NCBI GenBank assembly: GCA_964439805.1
Contig: CAYTOI010000002.1
Location: forward strand, 47,489 to 111,488
DNA from: an uncultured Pseudomonadales bacterium
Lineage (GTDB): Bacteria > Patescibacteriota > Microgenomatia > UBA1400 > MFAQ01
Reading direction: 5' to 3'
DNA length: 64,000 nucleotides
Within the stretch, counting starts at the first letter, position 1. Each line of letters opens with the position of its first letter. Both the position numbers and the translations under genes were made by a program. Below the pieces are notes generated by a model. That model had not been told where the DNA came from, did no database searches, and saw only the letters and a program-made list of their open reading frames with translations. Shown piece after piece: positions 9,548 to 17,903 of the stretch.

Positions 9548-9957
9548 AAAAATTTATCAACTTTTTATATTCCGCGTTTTTTGTGTATGGGGGTGTTGGG
9601 TATGGGTAAATGTAAATTGTAAAAAAATATTGATAGACCGCTTTTATTCCGTACTAGATATTATCCTCTTTACTGCCTTTTCCCCCAGCGAGGTATCGGT
9701 TATAAATAGACCCCTATATATGGGGATGTAAGGAATTATGTATATGTATGATTTATATCCTTGATATGTTGTATCTGTGGCTAGGTGGGGGGGTGGGGAG
9801 GAGATTGGGGAATGGGGATATTTATAATAAATAAACTACTCTCGCGCATATCGTACAGGCACGACCAACCATAAATATTATATTTTTATATATTTCCGCA
9901 CAAAACCCGAAAGGTAATACAATCAATATAAAGTGTATTCACAAACAAAACACGAAC
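9548..9957. other. 410-bp non-coding region with G-tract clusters (G4 motif 9787-9817) and AT-rich repeats; candidate origin/packaging/regulatory region of the element
   Basis: GGGGGGG-t-GGGG-aggagatt-GGGG-aat-GGGG at 9787-9817; second G-rich patch 9589-9606; TATGTATATGTATGATTTATATCC AT-rich block; lies between convergent gene blocks. Confidence 0.3.
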
Positions 9958-10197
9958 CTAACGACCAACATTTAAAATAGTCGTGATTAAACAACCACGA
10001 GCCAGCGAATACTTTGAGCCTTTTGTTTTTCCAGTCTTACGAACAATATTTCTATTTATTAAATCTTTAATATCTCGAAGCAATGTATCGTCCGAAACAC
10101 TTTGACCAAAGCTATTTAGCTTTAAATTACCACCTTCTAGCAATGTCTCAACAATTAGGCATTGCCTATCTGTTAACGATGTTAGTTTAATCTCCAT
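9958..10197 (-). CDS. winged-helix DNA-binding protein (79 aa; DeoR/Fic-C-terminal-like HTH)
   Basis: DRQCLIVETLLEGG...VSDDTLLRDIKDLINRNIVRKTG resembles DeoR-type HTH. Confidence 0.4.
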   Translation of the reverse strand: MEIKLTSLTDRQCLIVETLLEGGNLKLNSFGQSVSDDTLLRDIKDLINRNIVRKTGKTKGSKYSLARGCLITTILNVGR

Positions 10198-10457
10198 TTA
10201 CTTCTATTCCTTTCTTGTTCTTGTTTCTCGAGTCTGGCAAGTGACTCTGTTCTCTTTAAGACCTCAAGTCCTTCATTGAGGGCACTAACCAAGTTATTTT
10301 CACTCATCTGTGTGTGGTTTGGGTCAATACCTTTGACAGACAAAATTAAAGTATCTATACCGTGCAATATTGGCTCAACTGAGCGGGCACCAATACGGCG
10401 AACTTGAGTAAGCGATTGTTCTACCTCGTTTAATTTATTCTGTAGGGTTTGTGTCAT
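10182..10457 (-). CDS. hypothetical protein (91 aa)
   Basis: ORF, coiled-coil-prone; overlaps neighbours by a few codons. Confidence 0.4.
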   Translation of the reverse strand: MTQTLQNKLNEVEQSLTQVRRIGARSVEPILHGIDTLILSVKGIDPNHTQMSENNLVSALNEGLEVLKRTESLARLEKQEQERNRSKWRLN

Positions 10458-10629
10458 AGCCTGCTAATTTAGAAGTAAATTTTGAGTATCGTTCTGTAAT
10501 ATCTTGTAAATAGTCACTTGTTCTCATCAAGCCTCGGGTAAGCCACCATGTGAACATTGCAAACAAAAAACTTGTCTTTAATAGAAACATAGCTGTTTTG
10601 TAGGAAGGCGCGTCGATGGTAACTATCAT
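10435..10629 (-). CDS. small membrane protein (64 aa)
   Basis: ORF with one TM segment. Confidence 0.3.
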   Translation of the reverse strand: MIVTIDAPSYKTAMFLLKTSFLFAMFTWWLTRGLMRTSDYLQDITERYSKFTSKLAGYDTNPTE

Positions 10630-10805
10630 TTGCCAATTTTGTTAGTTAAAGTTAGTTGAATTTTGTCCAACTCCAAAATTATTTTGTCTGCTGAAAAATT
10701 GACCTCACCAATTGCCTTGGTTAACATTAGTAACTCGTTAAAGGTATCTATAATCTTTTTCTCTTTTTTGGAGGGCACGGCTTTTTGTTTAATTTCTTCT
10801 ATCAT
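10626..10805 (-). CDS. hypothetical protein (59 aa; ORF track extends it to 10910)
   Basis: Internal ATG at 10805 lies 4 nt (AAAA) after the stop of the upstream gene; the 5' extension to 10910 overlaps the upstream gene by 100 nt and is probably not translated. Confidence 0.3.
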   Translation of the reverse strand: MIEEIKQKAVPSKKEKKIIDTFNELLMLTKAIGEVNFSADKIILELDKIQLTLTNKIGK

Positions 10806-10809
10806 TTTT

Positions 10810-11241
10810 TTAAAATATTTCTGTTGGTCTTGGTGTTCTACCACCTGGTTTATTATTTGGGTTATTTGGTGACCAAAATGGTCCTGTTCTTGTTGTTCTA
10901 CTATTAGCAATCTTCACAGCGTCACCAGGCAGGATTTTGGTACTCTTAGTCATTCCAAGACGGCGCTCGACATCTGGGCGGGCTTTCTCGCACTTATCGC
11001 ATAAGGGCACACTCTTGGAACGAGTATCTTTAATGAATGCAGGGCCACCACACCAAAGACAAACTTTGACACTTATTCCGCGGGTCTTGGCGTACTCTTT
11101 AGCTTTCTCAAATTCGTATTGTAGATTTTCGGACAGGTGCGAGTGACCTACTTTGGTCTCTTCAATTTCTTGTCTCTTCTCATCTGAAAATTGAGATTGG
11201 GCTTCGTTGTGTAAATATTGGTCTAGTTTATTCATAAACAA
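10810..11241 (-). CDS. zinc-ribbon protein (143 aa)
   Basis: CLWCGG...CDKC zinc ribbon; low-complexity C-terminal tail. Confidence 0.45.
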   Translation of the reverse strand: MFMNKLDQYLHNEAQSQFSDEKRQEIEETKVGHSHLSENLQYEFEKAKEYAKTRGISVKVCLWCGGPAFIKDTRSKSVPLCDKCEKARPDVERRLGMTKSTKILPGDAVKIANSRTTRTGPFWSPNNPNNKPGGRTPRPTEIF

Positions 11242-11245
11242 TCGC

Positions 11246-11452
11246 TTATTTGAGGTTTTTAATAAAAGAAATAATTTCGGAGCCTAAAAAACTATATGAC
11301 CCTTGACCATCAAAACCACCCTTACCAATACGACTGGGTTTTAACTTTCCTTCTCTAACAAATCTTTCAGCCCTAACTCTACCAATCCCAAGAGTTTTCT
11401 GGGTCTCTTTGTAGTTATAAATTGCGTCTCTTTTTATTGTTGTCTTCTCCAT
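11246..11452 (-). CDS. excisionase/HTH_17-like DNA-binding protein (68 aa)
   Basis: YNYKETQKTLGIGRVRAERFVREGKLKPSRIGKG matches the Xis/MerR-type helix-turn-helix pattern (...iGr.rr.....). Confidence 0.5.
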   Translation of the reverse strand: MEKTTIKRDAIYNYKETQKTLGIGRVRAERFVREGKLKPSRIGKGGFDGQGSYSFLGSEIISFIKNLK

Positions 11453-11544
11453 GTTTTAAAGATGTATCGCTAAAACAAATAAATCAATCATCAAGTGTTC
11501 GCCATTTCCAAACAAATGACACAAGATTGAAGCTAAATTCATGC

Positions 11545-11573
11545 TTGACAGAATGCCTATAGTTTGATTATAT
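11545..11573 (+). promoter_or_regulatory. sigma70-like promoter TTGACA-17-TTATAT
   Basis: Consensus -35 at 11545-11550, 17-nt spacer, -10 TTATAT at 11568-11573; in divergent intergenic region. Confidence 0.45.
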
Positions 11574-11751
11574 GAGTACAGAGTTGCAGTAGAGAAAAAA
11601 TCTCAGGCGACCACAAACAATCAATAAATACATGACTCGTATTTTTTGGTGTAAGTGGCCGCTTTTTTGTTGGTTGGGATAAGGAAAAAACTTTATCCGA
11701 GCTAATAAGCTCGAAAGACAAAATTCTTGATATGGATTGTGTCGCAGAAGC

Positions 11752-11783
11752 GTAGGTGGTGGTCTGCCCTGGCTACCACCTAC
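11752..11783. promoter_or_regulatory. 9-bp perfect inverted repeat GTAGGTGGT-N14-ACCACCTAC in leader of HTH/rep operon
   Basis: Read directly; not followed by a U-run, so more likely operator/attenuator than terminator. Confidence 0.3.
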
Positions 11784-11815
11784 AAACAAAAAATTATTTA
11801 TTAAATCGAAAAATT

Positions 11816-12082
11816 ATGACAAATCTCGATATTTATTTAAGTTACTCCTTGGGAGCGAACGATATTCGTTTCCTTGAGTTACTACAAACTTTACCAAACT
11901 GTGAGTGGAGGGACAAGCAGACGGCATTAGCCATTGACCTACGCCTTCACAAAACCACAGTTAACGAAATGATTAAACGACTCAAGAAAAAGAAGTTGGT
12001 TCGAGTTAGAAAAACAAAAAAAAGTGTGCCCCTAGTTATCAAGCTTGGTTTGGAGCTAAGAAAGGAGAAAACAAATGGCTAA
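11816..12082 (+). CDS. small HTH transcriptional regulator (88 aa; MarR/wHTH-like)
   Basis: ...KQTALAIDLRLHKTTVNEMIKRLKKKKLV; ATG at 11816 preferred over GTG 11756, which lies in the hairpin. Confidence 0.45.
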   Translation: MTNLDIYLSYSLGANDIRFLELLQTLPNCEWRDKQTALAIDLRLHKTTVNEMIKRLKKKKLVRVRKTKKSVPLVIKLGLELRKEKTNG

Positions 12083-13016
12083 CAGAAAAAAGGTAATAGA
12101 TAACGATTCTGCTTGTGCTCTTGGTTTAACCGAGTCTGTAGTTTTTAATCAAATTAACTATTGGTCAAAAAAATCAAAACACACAGTCAACGGAGTATCT
12201 GGTTGGTTCTACAAAACTTTTGACAAATTCCAAAAAGAGGACTTCCCTTTTTTGTCAGTACGATGGATAAAAACTACCATAAAAAAACTTAACGAGCTGA
12301 AACTAATTGAGGTAGGAGAATTTAATACTTGGAGAGCTGACCGCACAAAGTGGTACAAAGTTGCCGACGACGCTGAGGCCAAAATCAAAGCTATTTTAGA
12401 AAAAAAGCATAGTGAACAAAATGCACTATGCTCTGACACAAAGTGCACTATGCCAAAGTGCACAAAGTGCACGAGCAATAACCATAGAGTAACTAAACCA
12501 AAGAGTACAGACATAAATTTAGAATTACATTCTAATGGCGGTGCCATTTTAAAGGACTCAGTAAGTAATAAAGTTAGACTATCTATTGAGACAAATAGTT
12601 ACAACAAGACCGAGCCAATAAGCGCTTACTCCAATAATCGCCTAGCAGAAATCACCACCACCCTTCTAGCTAAACGCCACCTGACCAAGTTAACTTTCGA
12701 GCTAGACAAACCTTTACCGCCAAATGAAAAAGGTGAGTATCCAGCAGAGGCGTATCAACTTATCCGCGATTATGGCTGTTCTTACTCACCAGACAGTTTT
12801 CTGTATAACGAAGGCGACGATAAAAATTGGGGATACTTTGGCCGAAGAATAAAAGAAGCATTTCAAGAAGGAGCGACCGTTGAAGGACTGTGCGGCGCAA
12901 TTTACAGAATTGCAGAAGGTGAGGACATAAACAACCTTGGCTCTTTCAGAGATGAGCCCATTCAGGTTGATAGTGTTTATTCCGAATGGTCTGCTTGGAC
13001 AAATAAAGTTGAATAA
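12075..13016 (+). CDS. replication-initiator-like protein (313 aa) containing internal iterons
   Basis: Good SD (AAAGGAG); N-terminal wHTH-like segment; internal tandem repeats AAAGTGCAC x3; position after regulator gene. Confidence 0.4.
   Translation: MANRKKVIDNDSACALGLTESVVFNQINYWSKKSKHTVNGVSGWFYKTFDKFQKEDFPFLSVRWIKTTIKKLNELKLIEVGEFNTWRADRTKWYKVADDAEAKIKAILEKKHSEQNALCSDTKCTMPKCTKCTSNNHRVTKPKSTDINLELHSNGGAILKDSVSNKVRLSIETNSYNKTEPISAYSNNRLAEITTTLLAKRHLTKLTFELDKPLPPNEKGEYPAEAYQLIRDYGCSYSPDSFLYNEGDDKNWGYFGRRIKEAFQEGATVEGLCGAIYRIAEGEDINNLGSFRDEPIQVDSVYSEWSAWTNKVE
12422..12472. repeat. iteron-like direct repeats (AAAGTGCAC x3 at 12440, 12455, 12464; TGCACTATGC x2) with palindromic GTGCAC cores
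   Basis: Seen directly within the rep-like ORF. Confidence 0.5.
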
Positions 13017-13018
13017 AT

Positions 13019-13363
13019 ATGAAATTACAAAAAATTATTAAAACCATGGAAAAAACCTGTAACCGCTGTCACCAGCAAAAACCACAAAATGAATTTAGTA
13101 ACAAATACCGCTGTAGAGAATGCAGTAGAGAACTTTTTAGAGACTACTACCGCAGACATGCAGAAGAACTAAATGAGAAGGGAAGAATTTGGCGCATGAA
13201 TAACCAAGAAAAAGTAAAAGCAAACGCTAAGGAATATTTTAAAAATCATAAACAAGAAATTAATTCTTATTTAAAAAAGAGAAGAGACCAAAAGAAACTT
13301 AACAACCCCATAGCAAATGCATTTGTAAGACCTCAGGATGCCTCTAAATCGTTTGCAAAATAA
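13019..13363 (+). CDS. basic zinc-finger protein (114 aa)
   Basis: CNRCHQQK...RCRECSRE two CxxC pairs; K/R-rich remainder. Confidence 0.4.
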   Translation: MKLQKIIKTMEKTCNRCHQQKPQNEFSNKYRCRECSRELFRDYYRRHAEELNEKGRIWRMNNQEKVKANAKEYFKNHKQEINSYLKKRRDQKKLNNPIANAFVRPQDASKSFAK

Positions 13364-13407
13364 CTTTACGACTACTATTACAAAAGACCTATAAAAAAAC
13401 AAATATT

Positions 13408-13782
13408 ATGAAAAATAAAACAACAAAAAAAGAAAACTACTTCTTAGGAGTTTTCGGACAAGAATTAATAAAAAACTTGTTTCCATTAACAACACCAGGC
13501 AAAAGAAGTTTTGACCTTCGGGTATTAACTGAGGAAAAACCAAAAGTCGGAACTCGTATAGAAGTAAAAACGAGAAAGCCAAGAAGAGGAGGAACTTTCC
13601 AAATAAACTTTACAAGACATGAAAGGACTCACAGCGACACAACGGCAATTTTACTGCTGGCTGATGATTTTGAGATATTAAGGCTTTACTGGATACCTAC
13701 CGCATTTTTACCTCGAGATAAGGGGTTTTTATATTTTGGGAAAAAAGTAAACCCAAAGTATGAGAGTTTTAGGCTTATTTAG
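13408..13782 (+). CDS. hypothetical protein, possible PD-(D/E)xK nuclease fold (124 aa)
   Basis: FDLRVL...RIEVKTRK resembles D...(E)xK core; weak. Confidence 0.3.
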   Translation: MKNKTTKKENYFLGVFGQELIKNLFPLTTPGKRSFDLRVLTEEKPKVGTRIEVKTRKPRRGGTFQINFTRHERTHSDTTAILLLADDFEILRLYWIPTAFLPRDKGFLYFGKKVNPKYESFRLI

Positions 13783-14098
13783 ATTTCTCTGGAAACAGAA
13801 AATCGTACAACTTAGTACCGCCAAAAAATAGTACAAGCAAACTAAAACCAATACCAAAGCCGTACCATATTATGCTGGAAACTTGAGCAAGGTCCTTATA
13901 GTACCATCCGCACACCCCTGGTGAATTTACTCCACTAAACCTTGATTGACATTCTAATGTATTTAAATACGCATTGTGAGCTATCTTGTCGTAATTCAAT
14001 AAGTAAAGTGAGGCCACTCCGATAGACAAAACAGACACAAGAACAACTAAAAAACGAACCACGATATATAGACGCTTTTTATCAAGTTTTCTACTCAT
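13775..14098 (-). CDS. membrane protein (107 aa, 2 TM)
   Basis: Two hydrophobic helices flanking Cys-containing loop. Confidence 0.4.
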   Translation of the reverse strand: MSRKLDKKRLYIVVRFLVVLVSVLSIGVASLYLLNYDKIAHNAYLNTLECQSRFSGVNSPGVCGWYYKDLAQVSSIIWYGFGIGFSLLVLFFGGTKLYDFLFPEKSK

Positions 14099-14165
14099 AA
14101 TTAAATTATACTCTTGAGCAAATTATATCCTTTATGAGCAAGAGATGAGCTAAAATATTTTCCAA

Positions 14166-14339
14166 ATGCAACTCTCACAACAGGCCATAGAGGAGTACAA
14201 AGATATTATCCTGAAGGATTATGGAATAAAGTTGACTGACTTAGAGGCAACAGAGCAAGCAACAAAACTTATAAACCTGTTTAAGGTTTTGGCTAAGCCA
14301 GTTCCAGAAAGTAAAACCGAACCTACAAAAAATCTATAG
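14166..14339 (+). CDS. possible small protein (57 aa), unlisted
   Basis: MQLSQQAIEEYKDIILKDYGIKLTDLEATEQATKLINLFKVLAKPVPESKTEPTKNL; no clear SD; low confidence. Confidence 0.2.
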   Translation: MQLSQQAIEEYKDIILKDYGIKLTDLEATEQATKLINLFKVLAKPVPESKTEPTKNL

Positions 14340-14378
14340 GTTTTGTCGAAGTACTAAAATTATAGTAGCATATATTTA

Positions 14379-14621
14379 TTGATATATCAACAAATAATTG
14401 ACAATAAAATATATAAAGTGTATATTGACGGCATGGACATATTTAATACACCAGAAGGAAAAAAGTTTTTAGAAGCATACAAGGTAACCCGCCAAACTAT
14501 TCCCAACGAAAAAAGGTGGAAACTAGCTGAAGAACGACTAAATGGCTTACCGCTATCCGTAAAAAAAGAAGAGAAAGCTCAAGGCATACCCCTTAGTGTG
14601 GTGACTTTAAACAAAAAATAA
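14379..14621 (+). CDS. hypothetical protein (80 aa), upstream of integrase (possible directionality factor)
   Basis: ORF only. Confidence 0.3.
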   Translation: MIYQQIIDNKIYKVYIDGMDIFNTPEGKKFLEAYKVTRQTIPNEKRWKLAEERLNGLPLSVKKEEKAQGIPLSVVTLNKK

Positions 14622-14662
14622 TAACCCAAGGACATCATCTTTGAACTATAATAAATTTAAAG

Positions 14663-16333
14663 ATGAAAAAAGCAGTAGCATACCTTCGTGTTAGTACTGA
14701 TAGCCAAAGCACTAGTTCTCAAAGGGACAAAATACAAGAATATGCCGTAGCAAATGGCTATGAAGTTGAGAAATGGTTTGAGGACTCTGCTCTTTCTGGA
14801 ACTCTAGACGATAGACCTCAACTCTTAGCTCTAAAAGAATGGGTACCAAACAATGAGGGCAAAAGTATTTTAATGGTTGGCCTCGATAGACTTGCGAGAG
14901 ACTTTGCAATATTTATCGACATGTCAACGCTTTTCAATAATTACAATGTAACCCCTGTTTACATAAATTGTCCAAGTAGTGGTGACGCAGTCATGGACAC
15001 TTTTCTCCAAAATATTCTAGCCTCTTTTGCTTCACTAGAAAAAGAACTCATTTCTCAAAGATTTAATAGAGGAAAACGATTTAAATTAAAAAATGGAATT
15101 ATTGCCGCTGGTGGTCCGCCATTGTTTGGGTATAAGTATCGGGTCGACTATTATCCTAGTGGTAAAAAAGATAAGTATTACGAAATAAACGAGGAGGAGG
15201 CGGAGACTGTTCGCCTCATGTTTAGAATGCTGTTATCTGAAAAGTACAAAGTTCAAGGAATTGGTAGAGAGTTAACTAGATTAAAAATCAGAACCCGCTC
15301 AGGGACTACCAGATGGGCGCCAAGCAGTACTCGAAGTCTGCTTTGTAACACAACATATATGGGTGATTACAGATACGGCAAAACTAAAATGCAAGGAGTT
15401 GGAAAAAATAGACACGAAGTCCCTCGAGCCATTGAAGAACAAATGGTTATTCCTGTACCTCCAATAATTACAAGAGAAGAATTTGCAAGAGCACAAGAAA
15501 TACTTGAGAGATTGGCGAGAGGTGCGGGTGGTCGCAAGCGACACAATGACACAGTTTTACTTTCAGGACTAATGATTTGCGGAAACTGTAACTATAGGTA
15601 TTCAGCAGGTGGACGAAGTACAGGGAAAAGGCTACATAGTTATTACAGGTGTAATTCTATAAACCGCTATAACGCAGACGGTGAACACCACTCCTGTGGT
15701 AACGCTACTTTGAAAACGGCCGAGGCGGATAGTGCAGTTTGGAACGCACTCGCGGATATACTTATAAACCCCGATAAGGTTAAAAACACCACAGACTCAA
15801 AAAGAAGAAAAGAGGAAATAGAGGGAATGTATGACGATATGATAAGTTTGGTTAAAAGACAGGAAAAAATTGCCGATGAGGAAAAAAGAATAATTGATGG
15901 TTATGCCAAGGGTTTGTTTGGAGATAGTCAAGTTAGGGAATACAGACAAGACTTAGCTGAGAAAAATAAAGAAATTGGCGATAAGTTACACGAAATAAAT
16001 TTACAAGTAAGCAACGCGTTGTGGGAGGATGGGGAGATAGATTTTGGCAAACCAAAAACTAGGAAGCAGGTCGACAAGTACACTTTTGATAAAAAGAGGG
16101 AGCTTATAAAAACCTACATTACAGAAGTTAGAGTTTTACCAACCGAACCAACCAAGTTAGAGATAGTTTTTAGGTTACCAATTGAGCCTAACAAGTCAGT
16201 TGTAACAATCAACGGCTCCCCGCGGGAAGTAGTACCTAGTTACAAAAATAATGGAAAAGTTGTAACAACTAATAACTCCCTCCAAATCCAGGCAAGATCA
16301 CTACCTTCTCCTTCTCGGGAGCAGGGCTTGTAA
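14663..16333 (+). CDS. large serine recombinase (phage-type integrase, 556 aa)
   Basis: N-terminal resolvase catalytic domain (AVAYLRVSTDSQ, ...GLDRLARD), recombinase domain, zinc-ribbon (CGNCNYRYSAGG...YYRCNS), coiled-coil region. Confidence 0.9.
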   Translation: MKKAVAYLRVSTDSQSTSSQRDKIQEYAVANGYEVEKWFEDSALSGTLDDRPQLLALKEWVPNNEGKSILMVGLDRLARDFAIFIDMSTLFNNYNVTPVYINCPSSGDAVMDTFLQNILASFASLEKELISQRFNRGKRFKLKNGIIAAGGPPLFGYKYRVDYYPSGKKDKYYEINEEEAETVRLMFRMLLSEKYKVQGIGRELTRLKIRTRSGTTRWAPSSTRSLLCNTTYMGDYRYGKTKMQGVGKNRHEVPRAIEEQMVIPVPPIITREEFARAQEILERLARGAGGRKRHNDTVLLSGLMICGNCNYRYSAGGRSTGKRLHSYYRCNSINRYNADGEHHSCGNATLKTAEADSAVWNALADILINPDKVKNTTDSKRRKEEIEGMYDDMISLVKRQEKIADEEKRIIDGYAKGLFGDSQVREYRQDLAEKNKEIGDKLHEINLQVSNALWEDGEIDFGKPKTRKQVDKYTFDKKRELIKTYITEVRVLPTEPTKLEIVFRLPIEPNKSVVTINGSPREVVPSYKNNGKVVTTNNSLQIQARSLPSPSREQGL

Positions 16334-17000
16334 TACTTAAAAAATCAACCAATATTGATGCTCTAGAAGTTACTGTAATTGTCTCCTGGGGGCTACCAAA
16401 TAATGCATACTTTAGATTTCTACTAGCTATATAGCTTTTTATGCTATTTGAATCAATTGATACATCATATAATCCATTTTTATAATTAACTTTAAAATCG
16501 TGATAAATATTGAGATTAAAAGTGCTAATTTTTCTAAATTGATTTTGGTTGCACCCAGGTTCGGTTGTTGGGCATAAACTAGTCCAAAGATTTGCCGTAG
16601 TATTACTTTCAGGCCATATTAGAAAAATAATATCGCTAGGCAGAATATCTCTCTTGTCTAGATTTGGAAAAATTTTGTCAGATAGTATTATTCCAGATCC
16701 AAAATTTAATGGACCTTCTATTTTAAATTTTGTTAAGAGTTTATATTCAAGAAGCGGAAATATATCAGGCTTGGAAACTAGATATGGAAAAAAATTACCC
16801 GATGGGGTACTCAACTTAATAGATCCATCTATTATAGAAACGCTTCCGTAGTTTTGATAAACCGTCCATTTAGATTCATCTACCGTATCAAAATTATCGA
16901 TATAGATTTTATCTGCCGAAAAAATATGGCTGGGGAAGATAATTAAAAAAACAAACAGCAAGCAAGAACAAGAAAAAAATACTTTGATAATGTGTCTCAT
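16269..17000 (-). CDS. secreted N-terminal portion of the split LCAT-like lipase gene (243 aa: signal peptide + beta-rich domain, ends ...KVVILPGFGGSY*)
   Basis: Signal peptide; C-terminus PGFGGS = LCAT oxyanion motif immediately followed by a stop; overlaps integrase 3' end. Confidence 0.5.
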   Translation of the reverse strand: MRHIIKVFFSCSCLLFVFLIIFPSHIFSADKIYIDNFDTVDESKWTVYQNYGSVSIIDGSIKLSTPSGNFFPYLVSKPDIFPLLEYKLLTKFKIEGPLNFGSGIILSDKIFPNLDKRDILPSDIIFLIWPESNTTANLWTSLCPTTEPGCNQNQFRKISTFNLNIYHDFKVNYKNGLYDVSIDSNSIKSYIASRNLKYALFGSPQETITVTSRASILVDFLSITSPAPEKEKVVILPGFGGSY

Positions 17001-17030
17001 GTTTTATCTAGTAAAATTATTAATTGAACT

Positions 17031-17903
17031 ATGCAGGAAAACAGAAGCTTATCAATAATCATTGTAACTTATAACTCAGAAAAGTACATATCTAATTGTT
17101 TGATAAGTCTAATAACTTCGACAGAATATTTATCTAAAGTAAAATTTATAATTATTGATAATTGCTCGGTCGACAAAACATTGATAGCGATTGATAAATT
17201 AAAGAAAAAGTATAACAAAGTAGATATTGATTTAATCAAAAACGAAAGTAACCTTGGCTTTTCAAAGGCAGTAAATAATGGGATTAAAACTGTAGACAGC
17301 GATTTATATTTACTAGTTAATCCTGATATACAAGTTAGTAAAGAAACTATCAAAAATATACTTAAATGCCAAAATAACTGTAATTCAGATATTGTTGGCG
17401 TAAAAACTGTTGATTTTAATGGTAAACCAAACAGCAGTTACTTTAGAAAACCAACTTTAGGGGTAGGAATTTTTGACTTTACAAACCTTAGAAAGCTAGA
17501 TTTTACAGATTATTGGCACAGATATTTTTATTACAAGGATAAGGAAGGAATTAAAGGTAATTTTAATGTTGATATTGTCACAGGTGGGTTTATGCTGATC
17601 AGAAAAGAATTAATTAAAAAAATTGGGTTATTTGATGAAGATTTTTTCATGTATTTGGAGGACGTTGATTTTTGTGTTAGAGCGCTAGAAAGCGGCAGCA
17701 GCGTTTGCTTATGTGATGAGATAGTTAGGCATTATGGAGGTGGCAGTAGCAACAATAAAGAGCGCTCAAATCAAATAGCTTGGATCAAGTCTCGTTCAAA
17801 ATATTTCTATAAGCATTTTAATAATTTAGTAAATATATTTATTCAACCAATATTTATCTTAGATAGTATATTAATAATGTTTCTGAAAAAAACAAAAAGA
17901 TGA
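17031..17903 (+). CDS. glycosyltransferase family 2
   Basis: LSIIIVTYNSEKYI, DNCSVDKT, DxD region, typical GT2-A fold motifs. Confidence 0.8.
   Translation: MQENRSLSIIIVTYNSEKYISNCLISLITSTEYLSKVKFIIIDNCSVDKTLIAIDKLKKKYNKVDIDLIKNESNLGFSKAVNNGIKTVDSDLYLLVNPDIQVSKETIKNILKCQNNCNSDIVGVKTVDFNGKPNSSYFRKPTLGVGIFDFTNLRKLDFTDYWHRYFYYKDKEGIKGNFNVDIVTGGFMLIRKELIKKIGLFDEDFFMYLEDVDFCVRALESGSSVCLCDEIVRHYGGGSSNNKERSNQIAWIKSRSKYFYKHFNNLVNIFIQPIFILDSILIMFLKKTKR

Larger units (their letters stand above)
703..16292. mobile_element. ~15.6-kb integrated element (prophage-like / integrative island) with large serine recombinase at its right end; boundaries approximate
   Basis: Serine recombinase 14663-16333, excisionase-like HTH 11246-11452, rep-like gene with iterons, many small hypothetical genes, compositionally odd segments. 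Flanked by two halves of an LCAT-like lipase gene whose junctions share core GG(A/G)GGGAG (703-711 vs 16275-16283). Confidence 0.45.

Noticed and set aside
11568-11789. 73-aa minus-strand ORF in the divergent regulatory region
   Set aside because: Spans the consensus promoter and the 9-bp inverted repeat; no RBS; regulatory DNA rather than coding.
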